From a virus, in IMG/VR virus record IMGVR_UViG_3300020438_000014, positions 1 through 64,000 of that record: a DNA stretch of 64,000 nt; one strand, written 5' to 3'. Position numbers and translations under genes: made by a program. Of the stretch, positions 1 to 9,288 are shown piece by piece; positions within the stretch are counted from its first letter, which is position 1, and each line of letters opens with the position of its first letter. The notes beneath the pieces are model-generated. The model saw only the letters and a list, made by a program, of their open reading frames with translations. It was not told where the DNA came from and ran no database searches.

Positions 1-104
1 CTTCCGCATTCCTTGGCGAAGTTGTAGAGTCCTTCGTCGTTTTGTATCCATAGAGCGACATTCCAAGTTGCTCTGTTTGCCCATCCGTTGTATGTATCGC
101 TCAT
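1..104 (-). CDS. conserved phage hypothetical protein, truncated by window edge
   Basis: ATG at 104; reads [27 protein letters not shown], a recurring phage YNGW..TWNVALW..NDE motif. Confidence 0.7.
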   Translation of the reverse strand, partial: MSDTYNGWANRATWNVALWIQNDEGLYNFAKECG

Positions 105-106
105 AA

Positions 107-694
107 TTAGCTTGCCTTTCCGATTGTATAAGGTGAATGTTCCGTGAGTCTGTCGATGTGAGACTCAAGTTGTTGGATCAAGAAGATCACGCTTTCAAGT
201 GGTCGTGGCTCGAAGTCCATCGCTTTTCCGTTTTTTAATATAATATACATTTTAAATGTCGTTTTGGTGAACATAAACTGATTCGCCTTCAAACTTTAGC
301 GTCTCATGTTTAATGAAAACTTTTTCTTGTATGTTTCTGTCAAGGGTTGCTTGAGATATAAAGAAATCATTTTGATGTGTTTTCTTTTCTGCTTTAACGA
401 TTACAACGCAGTTGTCGTTGCTTTTGGTGAGTAGCCATTTCTTCTGATTCATTAGTTATTAGTATAAGGAGAAGTGTTGTCTTTGTCAAGCATTTTCTCG
501 TAGCAACGAGCCTTTCTTGCTATGATGGTAAAAGCGTCTGCGACTGTCCCAAGCATCTCTGCTTGCTCACCATCAAGCAGATCGTTCGCAATCGCAGGCT
601 CAATAAGTATGTTGGAGAGAACGCTCATGCACGCCTCCATTGCTTCTTCGGAGTTTCCTACTCCATCTTTATCATATTCAGAATTAATGTTCAT
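107..694 (-). other. three small coupled hypothetical CDS (107-292, 252-452, 452-694)
   Basis: abutting or overlapping minus-strand ORFs. Confidence 0.6.
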
Positions 695-800
695 AACTTT
701 TTTTGTGTTTTGGTTTTCTATTGTACTTGATGAGATTCTTGTGAGGACGAGCCTTAGTGAAGATCATCGTCTTTCTTATCTTGATTTCCCTCGTCTTCAT
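684..800 (-). CDS. 38-aa basic peptide with ArfA-like C-terminus (not in ORF track)
   Basis: MKTREIKIRKTMIFTKARPHKNLIKYNRKPKHKKSYEH; ATG lies 7 nt downstream of a -10 box. Confidence 0.65.
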   Translation of the reverse strand: MKTREIKIRKTMIFTKARPHKNLIKYNRKPKHKKSYEH

Positions 801-807
801 AGTTATA

Positions 808-835
808 AGTATGACAGATTTTGGCGTGATGTCAA
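808..835 (-). promoter_or_regulatory. early sigma70-type promoter, leaderless
   Basis: TTGACA-16nt-CATACT with TG extension; one of many near-identical copies. Confidence 0.8.
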
Positions 836-924
836 CCACTAAATCCAAAAAAATGTGCAATTATCATGCCGATCATTATGATTAGGAATGCGAGTGAGAA
901 TGTCTGTTGTTGTGTCATAGTAAA

Positions 925-1163
925 TTGGTATCGGTTTTTGACAAATGAGAACCGACGGAAAACTCTGAATCTGCTACCTTTTTCATCCATGGATTCGTCC
1001 TGCTTGGATATCAATCCTTAGACCAAGTTTCGTACTTGGCGGTTCAGAAGAGCCAAGATTACTTCCATGTAGCAAAAGTGTGAACCTCTTTCTCTCTCCC
1101 TTTCGGGTTGTAGGCGTGTTCTGACGCCTCGTTGTTCAATGCGTTTGCATCTACAGAAAGAGC
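925..1163 (-). ncRNA. putative structured ncRNA directly 3' of the tRNA-like element
   Basis: nested helices CUCUUUCU/AGAAAGAG, AGGCGU/ACGCCU, CCC-GAAA-GGG, UGCUAC/GUAGCA, CAUGGA/UCCAUG, CUUGGC/GCCAAG, UCGGUU/AACCGA; no convincing ORF. Confidence 0.55.
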
Positions 1164-1281
1164 AGGAGCGTGGGAGACTCGAACTCCCTTATTCAATCGC
1201 TATCCAATGATCAGTTGGTTGCGGGCTTAACATGTATACCGCACGAGGATTGACGCATTAACCAACATATGCTAACGCCCC
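1164..1281 (-). ncRNA. tRNA-like RNA with expanded, branched anticodon arm
   Basis: acceptor GGGGCGU/ACGCUCC, D arm GCAU..GG..AUGC, T arm GGGAG-UUCGAGU-CUCCC, stem UCAAUC/GAUUGA enclosing two hairpins. Confidence 0.75.
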
Positions 1282-1316
1282 ACAAATGAAATTGATTATC
1301 AAAAGAACTAAATACA

Positions 1317-1344
1317 ATTATGACAGAAAACGCCCAAAGGTCAA
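1317..1344 (-). promoter_or_regulatory. early promoter driving the tRNA-like RNA
   Basis: TTGACC-16nt-CATAAT. Confidence 0.75.
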
Positions 1345-1426
1345 GCAAACAATTCAACTAAGTTTGTGCACAATTCTACTGCGGGGGGCCCCTTGGCCCG
1401 CTAAACTCTTGATAATCAATAAGTTA

Positions 1427-2149
1427 CTATCTAATTGAGATTGCTTCTCCAAATAGCTTGTGAGAATATGGGTGAGTTATTCTAAAGAAAAATGAACCCC
1501 ATTGAGTGTGAGATTGTAGAACTATAAGCCCTTGCTTGAACATCTCGATAAATTTATCTGTGTTTACGCTCAAGTGAAGATTGACTTTAATATACTTGAA
1601 CTTGAGTTTGCCATGCTCGACTTTCTTGATCGCATCGCAAGCTAAGACATTCTTGAATTTAGTTTTGTAAGCATCCAAAACTCGGTCTAAATCCCAAGAG
1701 TATAGCTTGCCAAGATTTTCTTGACTAACTACAATATTCTTCTTGGTAACTTTCATTTGCAGTCCCAACTCTCGTTGCTTGGGAGCGATCTTACTGCATT
1801 TCATGTCTGCGGAATTAGGAGTAACTAGAGAACACATATCCTCTTTTGATATGAACCTTTCGGAAGGTGACTGAGTAAATAGAGATAGTTTAGAAGTAGT
1901 TGGAAGAACTCTAGTTTTGCATTCAAGTATGCCTCCCAAGTCTGCTCCTTTGTCTGAATTTGGAACTGAAGTTGGATCACATAGAAGCTCCAAAGTTTCT
2001 CCGCAAAGCCCATAATACTTATGATTATCTTGTCTGTGCGAATCATGCCAATTATCGATACCGACTTTGTCAAAGTTGTTTACCCAACCCTCTATGCTCA
2101 GTCTCTCAAACGAACTTAGGGAACAATCTCTACCTTTAATCTTTATCAT
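1427..2149 (-). CDS. MvaI/BcnI-family PD-(D/E)XK endonuclease
   Basis: GETLELL...NSDKGADLGGILECKT...LSLFTQSP pattern. Confidence 0.65.
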   Translation of the reverse strand: MIKIKGRDCSLSSFERLSIEGWVNNFDKVGIDNWHDSHRQDNHKYYGLCGETLELLCDPTSVPNSDKGADLGGILECKTRVLPTTSKLSLFTQSPSERFISKEDMCSLVTPNSADMKCSKIAPKQRELGLQMKVTKKNIVVSQENLGKLYSWDLDRVLDAYKTKFKNVLACDAIKKVEHGKLKFKYIKVNLHLSVNTDKFIEMFKQGLIVLQSHTQWGSFFFRITHPYSHKLFGEAISIR

Positions 2150-2252
2150 GTATACAAGTATGACAGGTTTTGCCTAGAAGTCAACAAGATAATTCAACAA
2201 ATTTTTTGCACCATTCAACTGCGGGGGGGCCCTGGCAGAATAGGTCAACTTT

Positions 2253-2417
2253 TTAGTATCCTAACCAAACAAGCACTTCTTGTGCATTATACTCTTGCCG
2301 ATCTCCTAAGTCATCAAAGAATTGCTCTAAGTCTTCACAGCTGTGCCTTGCTAATTCAAGCAAAGCTCTTTCTCTCGTTATGATTATATCCTCGGCTGAT
2401 TCGTAATAGTCTATCAT
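2253..2417 (-). CDS. 54-aa hypothetical protein (not in ORF track)
   Basis: MIDYYESAEDIIITRERALLEL...VLVWLGY; ATGA overlap with upstream stop. Confidence 0.65.
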   Translation of the reverse strand: MIDYYESAEDIIITRERALLELARHSCEDLEQFFDDLGDRQEYNAQEVLVWLGY

Positions 2418-3136
2418 GAGTTTACCCCTTCCAATACAAAACCCGATTCATCTTTTTTGGCTTTACCTTTTTCAATCAAGCCAACGACCACGCCACGCTT
2501 GTCAAGAAAACGCAAGTCGGTGTCATCACCATTGACAACTTGAAAACCTTTCCAAGTGTCAGGTAATTGGTTGCGAAATACTACGGCAACATTACCGCCC
2601 ATAGCAAGAACCATTTGGCATTTGGTATCATTGTTTTCCGAGCGACTAAAAGTCAAATGATAGTTTTCGGGAAACTCTTCATGTTTGCCAAGAAACTTTG
2701 CCATGCGTTGAAATGACTTTGTATAATCGTAAAATTGAGTATCCTTGAAACGCTCAAAGATAGTCAATCCTTCTGCGTCCTTCTCTTTTTCCCACATGAT
2801 GTCGCTCGTAAGGTTGAGGCGAAAGACTGCTTGCATCTCTTTCTTTAAAGCTGACTTGACCGAAGAAGAAATTTCTTTCGATAGTTTAACAAAGAAATCC
2901 ATCTTTTGCTCAAAGAAAAGTTTTGTCTTGGCAATGCGTGATTCTTGAATAGTATTCATTTGCCCACGACCTGCCGTGTTAAGGCAAGCCATCGTGCAAC
3001 CTTTGGAACGCCAACGGCAAACTTCAAAGCCCGAAAGATTAGCAGGTGCAAGGTGAATTCCCTTGGTGATGTAACCGAGCTTTTCTCCTTTGAGAATTTT
3101 TTGATTACCTGATGTGAGTAGAGTTGTCTTAATCAT
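2414..3136 (-). CDS. phage Gp88-like Cys-cluster protein
   Basis: LAPA..SG..VC.....GC...CL..AGRG, RLNLTSDI.W, FYDYTK, YHLTFS motifs. Confidence 0.7.
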   Translation of the reverse strand: MIKTTLLTSGNQKILKGEKLGYITKGIHLAPANLSGFEVCRWRSKGCTMACLNTAGRGQMNTIQESRIAKTKLFFEQKMDFFVKLSKEISSSVKSALKKEMQAVFRLNLTSDIMWEKEKDAEGLTIFERFKDTQFYDYTKSFQRMAKFLGKHEEFPENYHLTFSRSENNDTKCQMVLAMGGNVAVVFRNQLPDTWKGFQVVNGDDTDLRFLDKRGVVVGLIEKGKAKKDESGFVLEGVNS

Positions 3137-3177
3137 AGGTTTATAATGACAGAATCAAGTGAACTTGTCAAGCCTTT

Positions 3178-4394
3178 TTAGCAAAGTCTAAAAAGAAAGT
3201 CTTCAAAGAAATCGGGTTCTAAGCCAAACTCATCCATAAACATATGCTCCCATTCGGAAAGATCACCGCCATGCTCCCAATCTGCTCGCATTTCGTTGAA
3301 AAAGTTAACCACTTGCTTGACCGCCTCAGCTTGACTCAAGCCATCACGGGACATTAATACTTTTACTGTTTCTTTCATGTAATTAAGTATGACAGAATCG
3401 CTCGTAAAGTCAAGGCTATAATTCAACTAAATAGTTGACCAATCCGGCTGCGGGGGGCCCTTGGGGGTTATAACCCCTTGGGAATCAGTGGTTTACAAAA
3501 CTTGATTGCCGACTCTATATACCGACCACTCTCCGTGATCGCAATAAGGATAAGAGCCTTCAGCCCATGAAACCGCACCCTTGAGAGAGGGAAAGTAGAT
3601 TGGTGGATCACTCGGACTCGCATTATCTACAAGCATATAGACACCCTCGCGGACATCAGTAGGGGAAAGCAAAACCTCTTTCTTGTGTTGAGCCTTCCAC
3701 TCAAGGTATTCGAGTTGTTCTTGTGCGTAGCTCATGCGTCAATTGCGGTAAGAGTTCCAAGCTCAGAAGTCCACTCGTCAACGAGTTCGCAATACTCAAT
3801 ACCACCAAGGGCATTGTAATGAGTGCAAACGATCTCGATAGAGGAGAGTTCTTCTGCTCTCTCATTCATGATCTGCTCGACCTCTTGGTAGGCTGAATCC
3901 AAGCCTTCTGCGTTCTTGTCAAAAGACAGATAGGTAATTCCGTCTTCAATGATTTCATACTTTTTCGTAATCATGCTTTAATTCTATGAAATTTTTTGTT
4001 AGTTGTCAAGCCCTAATTCCTTGCGAGACTCATCTCTTAATGAGTGAAGCAAGGTTACCCAAGCAAAGTCATTGAGCTGAGCTTGGTGCATAAGCTTGGT
4101 AACTTGATCGGGAGTTTGCCAACCAAGGACATCATCAAACCTTCCCAAGGGAAGCATGGTGTCTCGATCTTGAAACCACATTGCAACTTCGTAAGTATTG
4201 TCGTTGATGTGACCATACAAGCCTGTGCCGTCATTAAGGTTTTGAACAACCGAGATCGTGAATTGATCTTGATTGTCTTTGTCTCGTTGACCGAAGGTCA
4301 ATTTTGCTTGACGAGCTTTGCCGTCTACGAATCCTCCATGTTGACCGAAAGTCAAATCATCGAAGCCTTTTAGTTGGGTCTTATTCTTAATCAT
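3178..4394 (-). other. four small hypothetical CDS (3178-3378, 3493-3735, 3732-3974, 3999-4394)
   Basis: starts reassigned to the ATG 6-7 nt after each -10 box. Confidence 0.65.
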
Positions 4395-4437
4395 GTATAT
4401 CATTATGACAGATTGTGGGTTAAAGTCAAGGCTTAAT

Positions 4438-4929
4438 TTAAACTTTTTTTGCTTTCAATGGGAGGTCGCTTGCAAGCTCAATGTTTCTTGAGTCATCATC
4501 AAAGAACCAAATCTTATCGAAGTTCTCAATGATTGAAAGTAATACTTTACGCTTTGCTTTGGCAACATTAGAATCTCCACCAACACAATGAACCTCTTGA
4601 ACCTTTACCCCTTTTGAGTAAAGAAAGTTTTTAATAACATTAGCAACGCAAGCGTTTCTTGCAGTAAGAATAAAGACAGAATGCCCTTCATCGGAGACAT
4701 CTTTTGCCAAGTCCATAAGCTTGGTTGGCTTGCCATCAAGAATCAAACTTGCCTTGTCAAAGTCAGAGAAATCATAAGATTCTCCTTCTCTTAATATGTT
4801 GGAATTGAATTCTTGAGGAGTCAACCCTTTGCGAACTAATCTTGTTGGACTCAAGACATAAACCTTTGCATCAGTAAAAGCAAGGGTATCATCAAAGTCG
4901 AATACGAAAGCCTTGTTTTCTTTAATCAT
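4438..4929 (-). CDS. HAD-superfamily phosphatase
   Basis: FDFDDTL motif I, ILTAR motif II, FFDDD motif IV; start moved to MIKENK. Confidence 0.8.
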   Translation of the reverse strand: MIKENKAFVFDFDDTLAFTDAKVYVLSPTRLVRKGLTPQEFNSNILREGESYDFSDFDKASLILDGKPTKLMDLAKDVSDEGHSVFILTARNACVANVIKNFLYSKGVKVQEVHCVGGDSNVAKAKRKVLLSIIENFDKIWFFDDDSRNIELASDLPLKAKKV

Positions 4930-5059
4930 ACTAACACTATAACCTACCAATGCGAAAAAGTCAAGGCTATAATTCAACTAAATAGTTGCACTATACGCTA
5001 GAGGGCCCCCCCGAGAGGATCGGTCAATAACCCTGCGGAATAAGTCAATCGTCTTTCGC

Positions 5060-5086
5060 AAAAAAAGCCTCTCCGAAGAGAGGCTT
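5060..5086 (-). terminator. intrinsic terminator
   Basis: GCCUCUC-UUCG-GAGAGGC followed by U7. Confidence 0.85.
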
Positions 5087-5139
5087 AGTATTTAGCTCCG
5101 TATTTGGAGCAAATGGCTCTTTATTTCGAGCCTACCAAC

Positions 5140-5370
5140 TTAACTCACCGATCTCTTGAAAGATTTGTCAGCACAAGTGGCACGAAGCACATGGCGACGA
5201 TTCACTCGACGATTACCTCCGTTGGTATCGGTAAACATAACATGACGAGAAGTCACGCCATTGACTTTAGCAGAGAACACCTTGCGTTGCTCTCCGTTTT
5301 TAACGAGAAGGGAAACGAATCGTCCCTTGAGGTTATCTACTACATTTTGAAGGTACTTTTGCTTTTTCAT
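5140..5370 (-). CDS. small basic hypothetical protein
   Basis: ORF between DUF932 gene and terminator. Confidence 0.6.
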   Translation of the reverse strand: MKKQKYLQNVVDNLKGRFVSLLVKNGEQRKVFSAKVNGVTSRHVMFTDTNGGNRRVNRRHVLRATCADKSFKRSVS

Positions 5371-5415
5371 AATTAGATGTTTTTCTTTATCGATTTAGTT
5401 TTAGTTTAGGTTAAA

Positions 5416-6162
5416 TTAGGCAACCGCTGAAGTCAATCCCACTTCGGAATCGAGAACTCCATGAAGAGCGACAGAGCGATTAGGTAGAGCATGAACACCA
5501 CCTTTAAGAACATGAGTAAACCCATTGTACAACGAGTGCATGGTTCTGTCCGAAAAGTCATCGTGTTCGGGAGTGTGCCATTGCTCGACAACATCCGCAA
5601 TCTTAGCCTTGCTGATCGCACCATTTTGGTAGGCACGAATTACGAGGTCATGGGCTTGCTCATTGCCAAGCTCATATTCCTTGTACGCTTCGATGCGTTG
5701 CTCGTCACTTGTCCAAGTCTCGGTCATCTTGCCAAGAGTCCTTGCGATAACTTGCGAAAGATCGTTAAGAATGTTCTTGGTATGTCTACGAGCGAGAGTC
5801 ACTTCGTTGGTGAAGATGAGGTTGGAGCAAACGAAAGGTGCGTTACCCATGCACAAACCTGCAGGAAAGCACTTGTCGTGAGAGTTGCGAAGACCAAGGA
5901 TCGTGCCTCGATCATCGTTGTCAGCTTCAGTTCCTTTGATGTGGAACAAGCCGAAGTAGCGTTGACCAAAGCGGTGAAGCGAATGGTAGGTATCTACAAT
6001 TTCCCATCCGTTGTCTTGGATTTGGTCTTGTACTCGATTAACGAGAAACGAGTGACCGATTGGTCGCCAAGACTCGGTTGCTTCGGGAGTTTCTACCGAC
6101 TTGACTTCGCTGAAGTCAACTTGCTTTGTGCCACATACTGAGAGATCAATTTTCTTTGTCAT
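5416..6162 (-). CDS. DUF932-family protein
   Basis: LRNSHDK....LCMG...FVCSNL...RRHT motif. Confidence 0.75.
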   Translation of the reverse strand: MTKKIDLSVCGTKQVDFSEVKSVETPEATESWRPIGHSFLVNRVQDQIQDNGWEIVDTYHSLHRFGQRYFGLFHIKGTEADNDDRGTILGLRNSHDKCFPAGLCMGNAPFVCSNLIFTNEVTLARRHTKNILNDLSQVIARTLGKMTETWTSDEQRIEAYKEYELGNEQAHDLVIRAYQNGAISKAKIADVVEQWHTPEHDDFSDRTMHSLYNGFTHVLKGGVHALPNRSVALHGVLDSEVGLTSAVA

Positions 6163-6239
6163 AATTTTTTTTGAGTTTATAGTTTGTCTTTGATGTATAT
6201 AATTATACTAAATTTTTTGGTTTCTGTCAAGCTTTTTTT

Positions 6240-7020
6240 TTATAAAACTACCTGTACTCGATAGACATTATAAGCGTTGTGATCGAGGTTGAGTTCTGCC
6301 CATGCGACTGAGTCATCAATAGAAAGAAAGCTACCGATTATATCTTGATTACCTTTATCATATCCCTTCCAACAATTTCTGTTGTCAACGATAATATATC
6401 TTTGATTGACCAAGTCAACTCTCTTGGGTTCAACCAACTCGTCTTCTTCAATATACTCCTTGTACATTTCGGGGTTTCTTTCCATGTCCTCTTCGAGAGA
6501 GAACTTTCTTCCTTCTTCATCGTTAATCATACCTATAGTATGACAGAAAATAACATAAAGTCAACACTTTTTTTTCACTTTGGTGAATTATGCAGCAATA
6601 TAGGAGAATAGGTCAGCCGGGGGGCCCCTCTCGGGGATTGTGCAACTTTTAGACTTTTTTCTGCAGTGAGTTAAGTTCTTTTAGTAGAAGGTTGTGCGCC
6701 AACCTTTTTCCAAAGAAGTCTTCGCATCGCGTGCCACGGTCTTGCGCTCTTCCAAGCTCGAAACCTAAGGCCCTAATTTGCTTAGTTAGTTTATCTATTT
6801 TTTTCATGACTTAGCATTCTGTGGGTTGTGAATAATGGTTGTAAGCACTCTCTGCTTCCGTTTGAGACTCGAAATGTACTTCGATTAGGTCTCGATCAAA
6901 ATAAGGATGCCAAGGAGTATCTGACTCTTCAAACCATAAGCTCCAAGTATCGGAATCCTCATCATACTTTGGTGGTTCTAAAGGAACTCCTTCGCAAACT
7001 CCATCAATATAATCGTTCAT
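6240..7020 (-). other. small hypothetical CDS (6240-6530, 6811-7020)
   Basis: acidic ORFs on the coding strand; 6530 start is leaderless. Confidence 0.55.
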
Positions 7021-7234
7021 TTAACTTATGCGTTGTATATAGCTTTGAACATTTCGACATCAGCACCATCGCTATCTTGCTCATGCTCCTCGCCAAGTGC
7101 AATATCAAACTTCTCGCTTGTGATTGTGATTTTTCCTCCACCACAATTTTGCAATCGTAGTTGAAGGGCTTTGATTTCTTCCATTAGTTCTTTCATATAA
7201 ATAAGTATGACAGGTTATGCTTGAATGTCAAGCG

Positions 7235-7639
7235 TTAATACCAACAAGAGTAGAAAACTTTCTTGCCTTGCTTGAGAGCGTGGCGAGCATCACTAACAAA
7301 CTGATAGTCAGATTCCTTGTAGAAGTAATTTGCCGAAGACTTGTTTCCGTCTTCACTCTCCCACATATAAGAGTCGCTTCCGAAGAAGAACCCATTTGTT
7401 TCGGGCAAATTGAAATCATCGAGGTCTGCTTCAAGCCTGTCGATGTCATCCAAATCAAGCTCCAAGGGAACGCAGTTGAAGTCACCCATTGGGTTGTTTT
7501 CAGTTTCTGCGTTTGGTCTACCTTTATCATTCCAAAGGTCTTCCATCCATCCTTGCAGACGATTGTGCTTTCTCCATTCTGCGAGATGTTCGTCTTCTCC
7601 GTTAGTGTCTTGTGCGTATGCGTTTTGGTCTAATCCCAT
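7235..7639 (-). CDS. conserved phage hypothetical protein (MGLDQ...WRKHN family)
   Basis: MGLDQ start, WRKHNRLQGWME, LPETNGFFFG, VFYSCWY. Confidence 0.7.
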   Translation of the reverse strand: MGLDQNAYAQDTNGEDEHLAEWRKHNRLQGWMEDLWNDKGRPNAETENNPMGDFNCVPLELDLDDIDRLEADLDDFNLPETNGFFFGSDSYMWESEDGNKSSANYFYKESDYQFVSDARHALKQGKKVFYSCWY

Positions 7640-7641
7640 TT

Positions 7642-7818
7642 TTATTCCTTGTTGTGTTTGAGTATATCTAAAACTTTTTTCCATGCAGTATTCACATCTT
7701 TCATGAATTCATCTGTTCCCATTTCGGGGTATACATGGCTTATGTCTTGTGGTTCGTAAACATTGAGGACATCAAAGATTGCCTCAAGTTCTTTTAGAGT
7801 TAGTTCTGTCTTAATCAT
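7642..7818 (-). CDS. hypothetical protein
   Basis: MIKTELT start behind promoter. Confidence 0.55.
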   Translation of the reverse strand: MIKTELTLKELEAIFDVLNVYEPQDISHVYPEMGTDEFMKDVNTAWKKVLDILKHNKE

Positions 7819-7850
7819 AGTATATATACTAAAGTAGTTCTGCGATTGTG

Positions 7851-8288
7851 TCAAGCAATAAAAACTTGATCGTCAAGTAATCTTGTAAAAGATCCAAACC
7901 AACGAGGAGTTCTATCATCTGCATGAACGAATGAGTCGTACTTGTAGGGGTTATAAGTAATCTCTCTCATTTGCGAATTTGGTAATCCCTCCCAAGCTCG
8001 TTGGAATATTTTTACTTCGTCAGTCAACTCTGCTTCGTGAGACAATCCCAAGTGGTATGGCTCAAGATAACCTTTTATCCCTGCATGGACATTCTTACGC
8101 TTTTCTTTGCGTACTCTTGTTTGACCCGCTCGACTGACTTTGATTGCGCAATCATAAAGGTTTAGCTCAAGGGCGTGAGCCTTAACCAATCCACCTTGCT
8201 TTACGCTCCAACAGTTCTTGTGAAGGTTCTTGTAAACAAAGACCTTCTTGCTGAAGTCGATCTTGTATCGGGAGTCTTGCTTAATCAT
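7851..8288 (-). CDS. conserved phage hypothetical protein
   Basis: VYKNLHKNCWSV, KRKNVHA, ITYNPYK motifs. Confidence 0.7.
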   Translation of the reverse strand: MIKQDSRYKIDFSKKVFVYKNLHKNCWSVKQGGLVKAHALELNLYDCAIKVSRAGQTRVRKEKRKNVHAGIKGYLEPYHLGLSHEAELTDEVKIFQRAWEGLPNSQMREITYNPYKYDSFVHADDRTPRWFGSFTRLLDDQVFIA

Positions 8289-8561
8289 ACCTTAATTATG
8301 ACAGAACTAACCTCAAAGTCAAGAAAACAATTCATTTAATTTCTTACACTATTCTACTTCGGGGGGGCCCGAGCTGCACAAAACTTTTAATTAAGTTAAG
8401 TATCAGTTTATCGGGCTAATTTAATTTTTTATTTTATATATTTAGATCATTGATATTTGTCTTCTATATATTTTAGTTCCAAAAGTCGTCATTATTATCT
8501 TGTATTGCTTTATATATCCCTGCAAGAAAACTTATTACTAATATGATTGTAATTTCGATAA

Positions 8562-8825
8562 TTATTTATTGTTTGTATTGAGTCCTAATACTTCTTCAAG
8601 TTTACGGAACTGAGCTGATTCAATAAAAACTTCTCTGCAATAGTCTCCGTGAAGGTCTTCCTTCTGTTTAATGTGAAAGGCTACTTGCGATGCTCGTACC
8701 TTTTCTCTTGGGGACATACCCCACTTTATGATTAGTTCCATATCGGGGAAATAGCAAGCGAGTTCTTTTATCTGCTTGCTATCTATAAAACCCCAATTAT
8801 TCATGATGTCTTTTAGCAATTTCAT
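8562..8825 (-). CDS. hypothetical protein
   Basis: leaderless promoter directly upstream. Confidence 0.6.
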   Translation of the reverse strand: MKLLKDIMNNWGFIDSKQIKELACYFPDMELIIKWGMSPREKVRASQVAFHIKQKEDLHGDYCREVFIESAQFRKLEEVLGLNTNNK

Positions 8826-8861
8826 ATAAGTATTATCTCAAATTTGTTGATGTTTGTCAAT

Positions 8862-8898
8862 AAAAAACCCACCCAAGGGGTTTATTCCTTGGATGGGT
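8862..8898 (-). terminator. intrinsic terminator closing the ncRNA unit
   Basis: ACCCAUCCAAGG..CCUUGGGUGGGU followed by U tract. Confidence 0.8.
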
Positions 8899-8920
8899 AA
8901 GTTATGATTAAGAAAATTAG

Positions 8921-9126
8921 TGTGGGAAGGGATTACTGTATACCCTCGACTTTTCGGGATGAACATCAGTTCATAGTGTTCCTACTTCGCACCACAAATT
9001 AGACTTGGTATTCGTCATCAGCTCATCCGATTGGACTCTGCTACCCCACCACAGGGAATTTGCGTACCTTAGCCCGCTCATCACAGGCTTGCTCAGTCAC
9101 CCACAGGAAGGATTATAAGCCCTTCC
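8921..9126 (-). ncRNA. manA-motif-like structured RNA
   Basis: closing stem UGUGGG/CCCACA; GUGACUGA..AAGGU 5' part and GGUAUACAGUAAUCC 3' hairpin recall the manA RNA of marine phages. Confidence 0.55.
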
Positions 9127-9134
9127 AAAGTGAA

Positions 9135-9226
9135 TTGAGAGTCGAATAGCCGATTCGATAAATGCTACCCTGTCTTACCAAGGATGTGACACTATGTGCC
9201 AATAAGGCTTTGTACTGCACTCTCAA
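9135..9226 (-). ncRNA. multibranch RNA domain upstream of manA-like RNA
   Basis: UUGAGAGU/ACUCUCAA closing stem with internal hairpins UGGCAC/GUGUCA and CGAAU/AUUCG. Confidence 0.45.
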
Positions 9227-9288
9227 AAATAAAATGTTAAAGATCGAATATTTGTTTTGATTGAGTTTCTTTCTCAAATTATGTATAT

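Larger units (their letters stand above)
1345..8380. repeat. six dispersed intergenic GC-core cassettes (cores at 1381, 2221, 3450, 5003 inverted, 6618, 8360)
   Basis: CG6-7CCC core upstream of each early promoter; 32-nt identity between 3406-3437 and 4957-4988. Confidence 0.85.

Noticed and set aside
919-1014. N-terminal part of ORF 832-1014
   Set aside because: It overlaps the structured RNA; a short hydrophobic peptide from ATG 918 is more plausible.
1201-1220. CUGAUCA loop as a functional Ile anticodon
   Set aside because: Pyrimidine at position 37, only a 4-bp stem, and displaced from the normal tRNA geometry.
3379-3426. MNYSLDF N-termini shared by ORFs 3178-3426 and 4438-4977
   Set aside because: Artefact of translating the repeated promoter cassette; the true starts are 3378 and 4929.
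5491-6141. 216-aa plus-strand ORF and similar antisense ORFs
   Set aside because: Shadows of well-supported minus-strand genes.
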